Source: Felis catus
Lineage: Eukaryota
Reading direction: 5' to 3'
NCBI RefSeq assembly: GCF_018350175.1
Contig: NC_058370.1
Location: 115,506,001 to 115,570,000 of the forward strand
Length of the DNA: 64,000 nt
Shown here: positions 12,807-25,052 of the stretch, one piece after another
Numbering within the stretch: the first letter of the stretch is position 1
Layout: each line of letters begins with the position of its first letter
Translations under genes and position numbers: made by a program
The notes under the pieces: model-generated
Seen by the model: the letters and a program-made list of their open reading frames with translations, nothing else
The model's database searches: none
Told to the model about the DNA's origin: nothing

Positions 12807-13189
12807 CAGTTGTTGCAGCTTCGAAGCATCCACCTTCCAAAGGCCCCTTCCCTCTCAAGGAGCACCTCCAGCCCACCCACCCGGAGCATGCACCATCTGA
12901 GCTGCGACATCCGTGGAACTGTCCCATCACCTGTCTGCCTCCGACTCTGGTCCCCTTTCTGCCGTGTTTTGCATAAAGAGTCGATGATGTTGGCAAATAC
13001 TCTGGACCAAGGGAAAAGAAACTGATCCCCATCTGGGCCATCCTGCTTTGGTCACTGATATCTTACATCTTTAAGAGTATCCAATTTGGTTCTGCCACAA
13101 GAAAAAGAAAACAGCATATAGTAGGTGCTCATTGCATGCTAACGAGAACAAACGAGTGAAAATATGCAAAGAAAGGGAGAACGGTGGAG

Positions 13190-13345
13190 CAGACAGAGCA
13201 CTGGACAAGGACTCTGGAGTGTAAGGCTCAAGTCCCGGTTCTGCCTCCAGCCATCTGTATGTGTTTCAGGCCTTCTCTCTCTGGGCCTCCTTCTCTAAAA
13301 CGAAGAGGCTGAAGTTGGAGTTCTCTAAGGTCCCTTCCACATCAC
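13190..13345 (+). mobile_element. MIR (MIR3-like) SINE
   Basis: agagcactggac...caagtcccggttctgcc...ctctctgggcctc...tctctaaggtcccttcca. Confidence 0.7.
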
Positions 13346-13630
13346 AAACTCAAAGGAGCCGGGTCCTAATGATTCTAATCCATAATCATCATTAAGGGGC
13401 AGCTATTAGCCAGGAAAAAGGAGGCTGTGGCAGCGACAGCTCTTACTGGGACCCACTCTCTGGAGAAACAAATTGAACAGTGCTCTCTTCCCTCGGCCTG
13501 GGAGTCACTGCTCCTCAACAATGTTTGTGACCAAATTCAAAAGCCCCTTTACTCCATGGTTGGCCATTAGCATTGGTATTCCCCTGGGAGGTGGAATCGG
13601 GCCACAGTGGGGCCGCTGATGCTGGTGGGA

Positions 13631-13649
13631 CAGTGACACCTAGTGGCCA
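13631..13649 (-). promoter_or_regulatory. CTCF binding motif (strong)
   Basis: Minus strand TGGCCACTAGGTGTCACTG matches the CCACTAGRTGKCRC core. Confidence 0.6.
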
Positions 13650-14821
13650 TCCCCACTAGTCACAGCCCAGGTCTGCCACTCAGCGCTTGCCAAACACCCT
13701 ACTCCCCACCGCTAAATAGTAACCCCCGGCGTGAGTAAAGGGCCCTGGGTTATAGTCTCAGTCTTGCAACTATCTCTCCATCTGCCCTTAGTTTCTTCCA
13801 ACAAGGAGTTTGGCCTTTATGTCTTTCTTCCAGCTGCCTTGTCCCCTGAGACTCTGAGACCCCGTGACTTATGGCTTATAGCCAAGGATCTTAGGCCCAC
13901 ACAATGGGCAGGATGTCCCTACTGGAAAGGCACAGCCCAGACAGATTTCTCCACTGGAGCCCTGGGGTTCCACCCACATGATCATGCCCAGTCCTGCCGC
14001 ACACCCACCTCCACACGGCCACGAGACAGGACCACACGGCCGGTCCATTGACCGCAGATGTTTCAGACCTAGGACGTCTCCATCCTGACTGCCAGCCACT
14101 GGGGTGGGGGAAAGTAACAGAACCAGCCAGAAAGAAGCCTTGTTGAGCTTTCTTTTGGGGTCAGGGCAGTTCACCTGGTTTTGTCCATTTGGGGTGCCAG
14201 AATCTTGCCCCATTGGTGGGGTCCATAGGATTCATATATCCCTAAAGAACAATGCAGATGGGTTCTTTTTAACACACTTTCTTCCATATACTGACTCCAC
14301 AAACCACAAAGAGTAAGAAACGGATTTGGTGCAGAGGCTTCAGGACACCCCCACCGGGCCCAGGTGTTCACGCTACTTTGGCACAGCTGAGGACAAAGAG
14401 GTTGAGCTTGGTTGGGTCTTTCCTGAGTCCCACCTTATTTCTGAGACCGGAAGAGCTGGCATCTCTGCCTCTTGAACCATGTCCCTTATCACCAATTTTT
14501 GGTCTTTGGCTTATTAATCTTTCCCAAAGTAGAGTCGTTGAGTGGTGTATGATTTCCACAAGAGACCTTGGGTTTTTCCAATATGCAAATTGCAAAAGTG
14601 CTAGACATCGCTGAGTCTGTTTCCCTTTACTCCTCAAGGTTCCCCCTGCACCGTCCCCGGGAGGTATACCGAGGTGGCACTCTGGAATCCCTTGGAAAAG
14701 GAAGTCACCGGTTCAGGTTGGGGATGTGGTGAGTGATAATCTTCCCTGGTCGTTAAATAGTACAGGTGGAAACACATTTTTGGAGATGGAGAGCAGGTGA
14801 ATAGTCGTACAACACCTACTA

Positions 14822-15381
14822 TCTATGAGTCAGGGTCTAGTCGGGAGACAAAAATCACACCTGCTGTTTGAATAGGGAAAATTTAATACAGAGAACTATT
14901 AGCTAGTGAAAGGTAGTTAACTACGAAAAGGGGTAATAGAGGACTCTAAGGAAGACAGGTGTAGAAGATGCAGGAAGCAGCTGCCACCTCTAGGGCTGAG
15001 GGAGGTTACCCAAAGAAGGAACGAAGAAATTGGATGAGATTCAGACCATGCTGGACAGAGTGTGGCTACAGCCCATTGGGTGGTGGGGAAGTTCACTGGA
15101 GCACCAGCAGGCTGGAGTGGAGTGCAGGAGGCCCCCTTCTGGGTGCCAGCAAAACTCCTTGGAGAGAGCACCCTGGGGGAGGGGATCCAGATGCCACCAG
15201 CAGTCAGTCACTTTGGAGGAAGAAAAAGGCCCCCTGGAGCCAGGAGGGGGAGTTCTTGTTCCGTATGCCTTGCGGTGTCCCTCTCGCACCCTCTGCTGTC
15301 CAGGGCTGGCATTGCACCAGCTGAGACACCTTTACCGGGTCCAGTGTTACAAAGTAGGGCAAAGAAGCTGGGTTTGGAGTT
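14822..15381 (-). mobile_element. Old MaLR/ERVL solo LTR (MLT1-like)
   Basis: Starts tctatgagtcagggtctagtcgggagacaaaaatcacacc...aatttaatacagagaactattagctag, typical of a reverse MLT1 terminus. Confidence 0.6.
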
Positions 15382-15600
15382 AAGCACCTACTCTGTGCCA
15401 GGCCCTGTGTTGTGCATGTCCCTCATGGATTTCATAAGAGCTCACGTACAATTCTTTGAAATAGATTTTAGCATTCCCATTTTGAGAAGGCACTGAAAAG
15501 CTAGGAGTAAGCTGACAAGGATAAGCAGCTAGTATACGGGATAGAAATGGTGTTCAAACTGATGTGTGTGTGACTCCAGAGTCTGTGTTTCTCCACCACG
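15382..15600 (-). mobile_element. MIR SINE
   Basis: agcacctactctgtgccaggccctgtg...attcccattttgagaag...tgtgtgactccagagtctgtg. Confidence 0.7.
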
Positions 15601-17064
15601 CTAACAGTGCCTCCTTCTGTAAAGGATAAAGGACAGTAAGATCCTGTTCTCCTCTCCGTGAACTCACATAAACTTCCGGCATTGCTTCTTGCACTCTCTC
15701 CCTAGGGAGGCAGGTGCCCAGTGGATGCTCTGAGGGAGAGATCCCCAAACCAGAGACATGGGGAGACCTGGTAAGAATGGAGGCTCCCGGGCTTACCTCT
15801 GCGCTTTCCAATTCAGTAGCCTGGGGGGAGGAGGCTGGACCCTACATCCTACAAATTCTCCAAGGCCTGGTGCACTCCAAGAGAGGAGCATCACCTCCGC
15901 TGGACCAGAGGTAGAAAGTGAGGAGCCACCTGGCCTTTGATGGGGGAGGGGGCCTTCAGGCTCACAAGCTCCTTGCAGCCCCAGCACCCCGTGGAGAGGT
16001 CACTACTGATAGCTGGTTTCTGAAATGAAAATCAAATAGGGCTCGTGGATCTGCTTCATGGGTGATGAAGTTGTAATGACTGTAACAGAGGTAGAATTGA
16101 TTCCTATTTGTCAGCTGGATAATTGGAGGCTGGGCTCCGGGACTCCTTGGCCCTTTTGTCTTGCAGCCTCTTTAGGCATCTTTTCTAGATGGGAGGCATT
16201 TCCGAGCTACAGCTTGCCAGAGGTAATCCCATCTGGCTCAGGAATAAGGTCCCCCCTTTTGGAGAAAATTCCGTGTGCCAGAAGCTCTGTGCCCTCATCG
16301 CCAATCCTTAAACCTTCTCGTGAGACTATTACCACCACTATCCAATGAGGAAGCTGAGGGTCTTGCCCAAGGCCACACAGATATAAGAGGCAGAGCTGAA
16401 ATTCAGAAGCCCGGGGTGTCACTCCAAAGCCAAAGTAGGGCAAAGAAGCTGGGGTTTGGGGTTCAATACCTCTCCCATGTCCCTTCTGGGAGCCCACGTA
16501 GCCTTGTGAGAGGAAGCAGCTCCAGGCTTGGGGTCCTGCCAGGGCAGAGTCAGGCTGGTCCTGAGAGGGGCCAAATGTTTGCTGCCCTGGGAGGGGTGGT
16601 TCAGCCCAGCCCAGGAGGCCCCAGAAGCGCCCCAGTGGGGAGGGCGCCAACGTTACAATAGCTGATCAATCCTTCTGAGAAATGGCCACCTCTGAAATCA
16701 CATCCAGGAAGGGGGAAAATTCAGACATGTCTCTAGTGGCAGCTTGTTTAATCCCACAAAAGGGTGAGAACAACTGAACCCCGCCCCCCCATGCCACACT
16801 GCCCAACCAGCGCAAGAAGCAAGGCATCTCCCTATCGGCTGATGTGGGCGTCTGTGGCCCCGCCAGCTCCACACGCTCAGGCTTGTCTGCAGCGGCCACC
16901 TCTGCCACACAGGGCGCTTTCTGCAGGAAGCCGTGTGGCCCCGTGTGGAGTGGGACAGACCAGGCCCAGATCCTGCCACCTCTCGGCTGGGTGGCACAAT
17001 CCTCACCCTCCGGGCCCAGCTGCCTTCCTCTGGAAACAGGCACTTAAAAGTACCACCTCTGGTC

Positions 17065-17293
17065 CAAACTCGGGGAACGTACGGCATCCAAATGGAGCCT
17101 TCGGGTGAACTGTGGACTCGGGGAGACGATGATACGTCAGTGTAGGCTGGCGACCTAACAAGGGTCCCGCTCTGGTGGGAGATGTTCACGGTGGGAGGAT
17201 GTGCACGTGTGAGACAGGGTATCCGGGAACTCTCTCAACTTCCCCTTTTTCTCTGAACCTAAAACTGCTCAAAACACCAATGTCTATTTAAAA
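17065..17293 (+). mobile_element. L1MC-like 3'UTR fragment
   Basis: gtgaactgtggactcgggg...ctctggtgggagatgtt...ctgaacctaaaactgctc...gtctatttaaaa. Confidence 0.75.
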
Positions 17294-17876
17294 GGGAAAA
17301 AGTACTGTCTCTTAAGGCTGAGGGAGAATTAAGTAGGATAGTGACATCGAAGGCCCCGACCCCGTGGGGCCCGCAGTGAGGCCCGTGGTAACTGAGTGAG
17401 GGGTTCATCTGAAGCCCCCTGCAGACCCCGGAGGGCCCCGATGGTGGGAGCAGCCTGATGATCACCTCTGTCACTGCCTCGGCTGCCAGGGGAGCCCTCT
17501 GGAGGGTGGGGACGGGTGTACTGAGTGAATTGAGAACTGGGCCAAGTAACCTCGTTAACGTCATGAGACAGGCAACAAATGCAGCCCAGGGTTGGGCATA
17601 ATAACAGGCCCAGGACTAGGATTTGTGAGATCCGTTTGTCCCTCCCTCTCCAGAAAAAAGTGTTCAGAGCCGAATGAAAGAACAGGGAAGGACTTGGCTA
17701 TCTGGCAAAAAGCACAGTTCTGGCTGGCAACTCCCCTGCTCTAAAATCCTCACTTGCTCCTCAGTGCCTTCGCCTGGGACAGACACCTTCCCTCCAGCTG
17801 CTGGATCCAGTAGCCGCTCCGAGTGCCATTCAGGGGGTGGAAAGAGAGCAGAGGGGTACCAGGAGACCCAAGTCTT

Positions 17877-18086
17877 TTTAAAAAATGTTTTTAATGTTTA
17901 TTTTTGAGAGAGACAGCACGTGAGTAGGGGAGGGGCAGAGAGAGAGGGAGACACAGAATCCGAAGCAGGTTCCAGGCTCTGAGCCGTCAGCACAGAGCCT
18001 GACGTGGGGCTCGAACCCACAAACCGCGAGACCATGACCTGAGCCAAAGTTGGATGCTTTAACCGACTGAGCCACCCAGGAGCCCC
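17877..18086 (-). mobile_element. Can-SINE (felid)
   Basis: Reverse SINEC. TSD aggagacccaagtctt/aggagcctcaagtctt. Confidence 0.95.
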
Positions 18087-18659
18087 AGGAGCCTCAAGTC
18101 TTAAACCCAACTCTGGGGTAGCTCTGTGACCTTGGGAACATATCTCTCCCTCTCTGTGCCTCAGTTTCCCCATCTGGAATTCCTTCCTTCCTTCTTTCAC
18201 TGAATTCACTACCGAGTGCCAACTATGAGCCAGACAATTTGTAAAGTCTTTCCTTGTGACAGTATTTTCTGTACAGTACAGTTCAAATGCTCTGGGAGAA
18301 ATACCGCGCACACACGGACCCAAAGCATCAACATGAAAATTTTGTTTTGCTAAGGTTCCCAGAGACATACATTTCCTCCCGGGCTGTGCCATAGAATCCA
18401 CATTTCTGAGCCCACCTTTTGTAAATGGGATGCTTGTTTGGAAAATGGCTGGATAACGTCGAAGATTGCAGGGCTATGACCTTGTGCCCCTATCTGTCTA
18501 GGGCGGATGGAGGACAAAAGCAGATGCTTCCTGGCTGCAGCTCTTGATTCCCCTTGAGTCTCTCTCATGGTCGGACCTGTCCTCCCTGCCAGGTGGCCTC
18601 CCCCGGCCCAGAGCCCATCAGAGGATTGGGAGGTTCTCTGGGAAGAGCATGTAGAGCCC

Positions 18660-18850
18660 AAAGAAGCATGAGCTTGGCTCCAAACAGATCATGGTGCCAA
18701 TCCTAGCTCTGCCATGTCCTGGCTGTGTGACCTTGGGAAGTCACTCAACATCTCTGAACCTTGCTGTCCTCTGTTAGGTGGAAAGACTAAAATCTTTACC
18801 TGACAGGGTTGTGGTAAGGATTAAGTAAAAGAACACAAGTGATGTTTCCG
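18660..18850 (+). mobile_element. MIR SINE
   Basis: aatcctagctctgccat...ggctgtgtgaccttgggaagtcactcaacatctctgaacct...agggttgtggtaaggattaa. Confidence 0.8.
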
Positions 18851-20431
18851 GCCACACAAATGGCAATAGCACCTGAGTCGATATGCGATGTTCAGTATCC
18901 TGTCCTCAGACGAGATGCTCAGTGGACAGCATGAGGACAGGTGCAGGGGAGAGCTCCACGTCCAATCCCCAGCATCAGCCTTATCCGTTCATCCCCTCTT
19001 CGTCTTTGTCATTTCCTTCCCTGGGACAGCCAGGTGGCAGCATGGGGCCGTGGAACGGGAGCCTTCTCTGGCTGTCCCCTCACAGAGTGCGCTCCCAGAG
19101 ATCCTTGAGAGCTGTCTATTGAGCTCTTACCATGCTGGGTGCAGGGGAGCAATATGGATGTGTGGAGGGCACAGTTGTCTGCCGTGGGCACCAATGGGAG
19201 CGTCTGCAGTGGGGCCGAGCCAGGAGCAAACCCAGTTCCCCCCACAGCTGTCGGCAAGTGCCCTCCACACTCGGGGCCCGCTGGGGTTCAGGAGTCGCAC
19301 CTGCACCTGAGGCTCAAGGAGGGAAGCGAGTAGGAGCCAGGGCCCCGAGTCCCCGAGGGTGCCCTTGCCCACTGAGCCCAGGCTCCCGTTGGTCAAGGCC
19401 CCCGCTGCCCCGAGGCCCAGCCTAGGCCCTCCGAGAGGTGCCAAGGACCCCAGGAAAGCAGTGTCCTTTTGTCTCTGCTTCCTCCAACAGGACCTCTTTG
19501 GATCCCAGAGGGATCTTTGCCACTGGCAGCCGCAGTGGTTTGTGGGAAAGTTCCTCCAAATCCCCAGCTAATCCTCCTTTGCCTGAACTCCTTTAGCAAT
19601 TGCATTTGCGCTCCGTGGCCTCTAATCCCTTCATCCCCAGATGTCCCCGGGGAAGGCACATGTGCACATGTGTGTCCTGCTGGGCATGGTGGCCAGTGGG
19701 TCTGTGCCAAACCGCGCCTTGGGACCACCAGCCTGTCCCACTCAGAGTGTGCCTTCTGTCCTCCCTCCTGTGGGTCTCATTTGACAGCCTGCGCCTGGTG
19801 GTGTGGGGACAGGGCAGCTGACCAGTGGGGCCCCACCCTCCACCCTGAGAGACTGTCCGGGAGATGCTCTTGTTTGAAGTTGGAGCCTCGGGCTCCGCCT
19901 CTCTTACTTGGGGCTGAAGATCCTCGAGCTGCCTCGTAGGGATACTTGTGAGCACTTACTAAGGTCTTTTGTTTAATGGGCTTAAGGCAGAGCCTGCGGC
20001 TTCACAGGCAGTCAGAACTAGTTAGCTCAGGTTAACCTGGAGTGTCTACCTGCCCACCCCCACCCCCCAATGGCTACCTCTGGAGGCAGGGACCCCTGAG
20101 GGACAGCAGCTCATGACAGTGAGAAAACCCTTTGTGTTGGTCGGAAACCGTCTCCAAATCACAGGTTGCCCAGGGAAAACACAGAGGCAGTGTGCAGTGT
20201 GCGATCACTTGTGTCGCAGTAAGTGAAAGAATAGCCGTCTGCTCTGGTCATCTCGTAAAATATTCCCGAAACGGTAAGAAAGGGGCTGTGACGCTGGCTT
20301 CCTGGAGAGAGTGGGGGGGGGGGTGGATTGATAGGGAAGGGAGGGAGACTTTTTATTGTATGTTACTGAACAGAGACCCATGTGGTTGTATAGCTTATTC
20401 AGAACTTCAATTTAAAACTATATACAAGAAT

Positions 20432-20527
20432 GGGGTGCCCGGGTGGCTCAGTCGGTTGAGACGAACCATGAGATCATGACTTGAACCAAAGTCAGATGCT
20501 TAACTGACTGAGCCACCCAGGTGCCCC
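20432..20527. mobile_element. Chimeric inverted Can-SINE remnant (two heads fused, bodies missing)
   Basis: About 31 nt of a + strand head joined directly to about 65 nt of a - strand head. Confidence 0.85.
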
Positions 20528-21494
20528 GTAAATTCCATTTTTAAAGATCGCCTAACCCCGCTCAATAAATTAAGCTTCTAGACTTTTAGTCTCAAAAGGC
20601 TTCAGGATTGCTGCAAAGAGCATCACTCTTACCCTTATCAAAAATAAAAGCCAAATAATCTACCAAATGACCCCTTTCCTTAAAATGACCCCTTCTTCCC
20701 TTCAAGAAGTGAGGTAGAGGGCATACACATCGCTGAAGTCTTAGGGAAAACAAGCACCTCCAAGGAGAGACAAGACCCAGGTGCTCGCTTACCTGTTCCA
20801 AATGTTGGACACCATACAAGCTGGAAAGAAGAAGTCAACCAAACTTCTGAACATTGCTAAAGGCCAAGTGTGGGGCCTGCGTGAAGGCACAGGTCCCTCG
20901 GGAGGTGCAGGCAGGAAGCAGAGACCCAGCCACCTGTACTCCCTTCACCATGGACCACACCAGGCGCTCACAAGAAGGACAGTGGGCAGGGAGGAGTGGG
21001 GAGGCCTGAACAAACGTCTTGGATCCGGTCTGGGGCAAACAGTGCTTCAGGAAAAAGACGAAGCCTGCACAGATCCTACTCCCTGTAGCCCTTAGAAAAA
21101 AGAATTAAGGCCACTGGGAAAAGGGCAGCAAATGCTGTCACTCTTAGGGCACAGGTGAGGACCCGATGTGTCCAGGAAAAGGGAGACTAAACCCTGTACC
21201 CCTCACAGAGGGGTGGAAACACAGACCAGGAATCTAGGGAGGGGGAGGGACAGGGTGACAGAAGTAGCCTCCGACAAAGACACGGGGACACCGCACCTGC
21301 CTAACACTGACACTGAGCTCAGCAGAGAGTGTCCCACCCCCACCTCCACCCCCAGGGTGAGGAGTGCTAACAACCAACAGCAACGTATAACAAAGGGGGA
21401 TCAAGGGCAGGAAGAGAATATTTCTCTGAGAAACAGGCACGAAGGGAATCCCTAAAGTGGGGGCTTGTGAGGAAGTCAGCTCACCCCTAGTCGA

Positions 21495-21760
21495 TCTGTA
21501 GATTTAGTGCAAGGTCAAAAAGACCCCACAGCAAAATGTCGAAAAGAAATCGACAAGCGGATGCTAATTTTCCATGAAAAGGGGAAGGAACGTGAATGGC
21601 CACACCCACTCTGAAAAAAGAAAAGCCAAGTTGGAGAACACACATTATCCGGTTTCAAGACTTACTAAACTTACTGTAAAGCTACATACTGGGAAGAGGC
21701 GTAAATGTAAAACCGAAAATCATAAACCTTCTAGGAGGAACTTCTAAGAAAACCTTGTGA
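21495..21760 (+). mobile_element. Old L1 ORF2 fragment
   Basis: Encodes a degenerate EIDK.MLIF...TLKKEKPSWRT..SGFKTY segment (L1 ORF2 EIDKLILKFIW...KKKNKVGGLTLPDFKTYYKA). Confidence 0.7.
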
Positions 21761-22189
21761 CTTCGCTATCCGGAGACAACCTGTCCATGATGTAGCTACA
21801 GACACCCGGAGCCCCCGGTTCCAGTCTCCCACCTCCCTGATTGACTTCCCAGTTGTTATTTTAATTTAAATGCAGAACTGAAGGAGTCATCCTTGCAGGA
21901 GGTCACCGCGGTGTCTCTCAAACTTGCCTGGCCATCCGGGATCTTCCTGCAGATTCCTCACCCCGGTGCTCGTGCTCGGCTTGGGGTGGGCCGCAAGCAG
22001 GGTACGTCTGCCCAGCAGCCTTCACTGGAGCCAGAGAACAAATTGCTCATCACAACCTGAGGCCTCCCGCCTGCCCCCAGCCTGGTGGGGTGGGGGTGTG
22101 GGGGGGGGGCTCTAGAGTCCTTCTCTCCCTCCCGCCCTCACCTCATTCTCTCAGGCGCAGTGAGTGTGCAGTGAAATTCAAAGAAAACA

Positions 22190-22585
22190 AATGCTCAAAG
22201 CCACAATTTCTTCAGTGATTTTTCTATTCCCTCCAGCCTTTCTGTCTGTCTATCACACGAGGTAGTCATGAGTCAACCACAGAGAGTCTCGGAATAGTAA
22301 TTGTGGAACCGAGAATCTGCATTTCTGCCGCATGTGTGTACGTGTGTGGGTCTGCATGTGTGTGTGTCTGTGTGTGCATGTATGTGTTTGTACAGAAGAA
22401 GGGTGTGAGCAGCGGAGGCAGAGGCAGGGAGAGACGAATAGGAATGAGAAGTTTCTTTTCTAGGGAAAGAGCCAGAAATTACATCCGTTCAAAAATACCC
22501 TGCCTCTCTCACAGATAAATATAGCCACATGAGTAGATGTGTCCCCAAACGAAACTTTCCCAACAAATCCGGAAAGAGTCACTTG
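22190..22585. promoter_or_regulatory. Candidate enhancer (AP-1/RUNX, GATA, IRF/NF-kB-like, ETS motifs) with an imperfect (TG)n tract
   Basis: TGAGTCA 22269-75 overlapping AACCACA 22275-81; AGATAA 22513; AAACGAAACTTTCCC 22547-61; CCGGAA ~22569. The flanking sequence is repeat-free. Confidence 0.4.
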
Positions 22586-23553
22586 AAGAGACTGCTGGTG
22601 CTGGCTCTCCCCTCTTGCTCTCCTGTCCCCCGCGTCCCCATGCTCCCAGGGCACAGTCAGGAAGACGAGCGCAGAGGGACGTCTGTACCCGGCCTCCCCC
22701 AGGATTCTGGCCAAGGGGAGAAGCAGGAGGGGTGTGCTCCTTTGTTAAAGGGCTGCTGGCCAGAGGGGCAGGGTTGCCAGAAGTCTCCCCCATGGAAAAG
22801 AACTCGAGAGGCTACTTCTCTCTATTATGGGGAAATGGAAGCTCAGAACAGGAAAGAAGCCCCACAGAGGCGAATTTACCAGATGTTGTGGCCAGACCCA
22901 AGGTGCCATCAAAATCACTTGGCCACCGGTATAGCAGAAGCACCTGCCAGCCAGACGGAGGGGAGACTCGGGGCCCAAGAACTACATGCCAGGTGAGACT
23001 CGGCTCCCCTGCGACCCACACACAACAGACACATCCAGCAGCCCGATGAGGTAGCTATAGCCGCCCCCATCTTTCCGTTGGGGAAACTGAGGACAGGAGC
23101 CACTGGGTGATTTCTCCCAGGCCCCGTGGTTGGTCATGCAGAGCTGGGCTCTGCTCCTCTTCGAGCCCAAGGAAAGGCCACCCTGCCCGCTCAGCCAGCT
23201 GAGCTCACAGTGGGGCACCGCTGTGTCCAGATCCCTGTGGGAACACAGAGCTGCAAGTCCTCTGGGAGGAGGCTCCTGGGGCCGTTGCACGGTTGTGGAC
23301 ATCACTGGTCTAGCACCTTCTCAGCTCCTGACTCCTCCTGGAGCCCCCTCCAAGGGACTCTGCACCTGTGCCTCCACCTCTGCTGCGGGCCTGACCGCCT
23401 CCCTTACCTGGCCAAGCCAGAGCTCCTCCTGGGCTCCAAGCCCTGGTGAAAAGTGTCTCAGCATCTTCCGAACCCTTGGAGACAGGCAGACCCGGGTTCA
23501 AACGCCACCTCTGCCACTCCCAGCTCTGTGGCCGTGGGGAGAGCAATGCCTCA

Positions 23554-24023
23554 TGCATCAGTTTTTTGGGGCTACTGAAACAAATACCACACACTTGGTG
23601 CCTTAAACAACATGAGTTCTAGCCTCTCACAGTTCTAGAGGAAAGGCGTCAAAGTCCATCTCACTGGGTTAAAATCAAGGTGACTGCAGGGCGGCGCTCC
23701 TTCGGGCTGTAGGGGACAATCCCTTTCGGTGTCTTCTCCAGCGTCTCGAGGCGCCTGTGTTCCTCATCTGGTGGCCCAGCATCACTTGGACCTCTGCATT
23801 CATCACTGAGCCTCTTCCTCTGACTCTGGCCCTACTGCTGCCCTCTTCTAAGGATGCTTGTGATTCCACGGGTCCGTCTGTATAATCCAGGATAATCTCC
23901 CATCCTGAAATCCCCAATCACATATGCAAAGCTCCTTTTCCTAAGTATGGGAAACTATTCACAGGTTTGTGGATTCGGACATGGACATCTTTTCAGGGAG
24001 GGAATATTATTCAGCCTTCCACA
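23554..24023 (-). mobile_element. MaLR solo LTR (MLT1C-like) inserted in a MIR
   Basis: TG...CA termini with 5-bp TSD cctca (23549-53, 24024-28). MIR halves lie on both sides. Confidence 0.85.
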
Positions 24024-24841
24024 CCTCAGTTTCCTCATGTGTAAAATGGGGTGATAATCTGTACGTCGCAAGTCTGCTGGAGGACGAATCATGTTGTGAA
24101 GTGACAGCTGTGTCCCTGGTACAAAGTTGAAAATGAGGTCACGAAAGGGTGGCCTCTGCCCTCCTCCCTGTCTGTGTTGGCTTTCTGTCCCCAGGCCTGT
24201 CCCCAGGCCTGGCTCTCAGCGGGGACTTAAAGTATTTCGGTTGAAATAAACTCCTGGTAGTGATGGATGGCTCTGACCTCCCGAGTGCTGGGCAGGGCTG
24301 TTTGCAAATGGAAAGGCTTCTGGGCAGCAGTGGGAGGAATTTGGGCAGAAACGTGGAACGGTGTGTTCGCGGACATAAACTCCAAGTGGTTTTTGTTGGG
24401 AAAGCTGAACTGCAAACTTCCATCTGCTTCCATGTCAACTGCTATCCCCGGTGGGCTCAGCTGAGACCCATCCCGGCCACGGAGCATCTCTCCCTGGGGG
24501 CAGCGTGAGGCTCTCCTCGCAGCCGGAAGTCCGAATGCTGTGTCCCCTCCCTGCTCACTGCCCAGGCCTGGGAGGGTGACAGATCTGGCTGCCAGGGGCT
24601 GGAGCATGTGGCCAGTCGAGGAGCACAGATTCTGGAAGTCCCCATCTCCTGGGAAGGAAGTCAGAGACTGGGGGAAGGGGCAAGGTAGGGGGAAGGGCTG
24701 TGTCCTTCATTGCAGGGGTGAGGCGGGGGAGGGGCCAGATTCCCAGGACCCCTCCTAGCGTTCCCTCTGGCAGAAGGCTACCACTCAGAACAGTTTAAAC
24801 CCATTTTAATCCAATACTCTTTACCAGCAAAACATCCTTCA

Positions 24842-25040
24842 GGGGCGCCTGAGGGGCTCAGTCAAACATCTGAGTCTTGATTTCAGCTCAGGACATGACC
24901 TCACGGTTCGTGAGTTTGAGCCCCGCGTCAGGCTCTGTGTGGACTGCACAGGGCCTGCTTGGGATTCTCTCCCCCTCTCTCTCTGCGCCTCCCCTACTCA
25001 TGCTCTCTCTCTCTCTCAAAAATAAATAAACACTTTTAAA
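24842..25040 (+). mobile_element. Can-SINE
   Basis: ggggcgcctgaggggctcag head, (CT)n, aataaa tail. Outer TSD caaaacatccttc/caaaacatctctc. Confidence 0.93.
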
Positions 25041-25052
25041 AAAGTCAAAACA

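Noticed and set aside
17531-17545. TGAGAACTG resembling the miR-146 5' end
   Set aside because: The match stops after 9 nt and there is no precursor hairpin.
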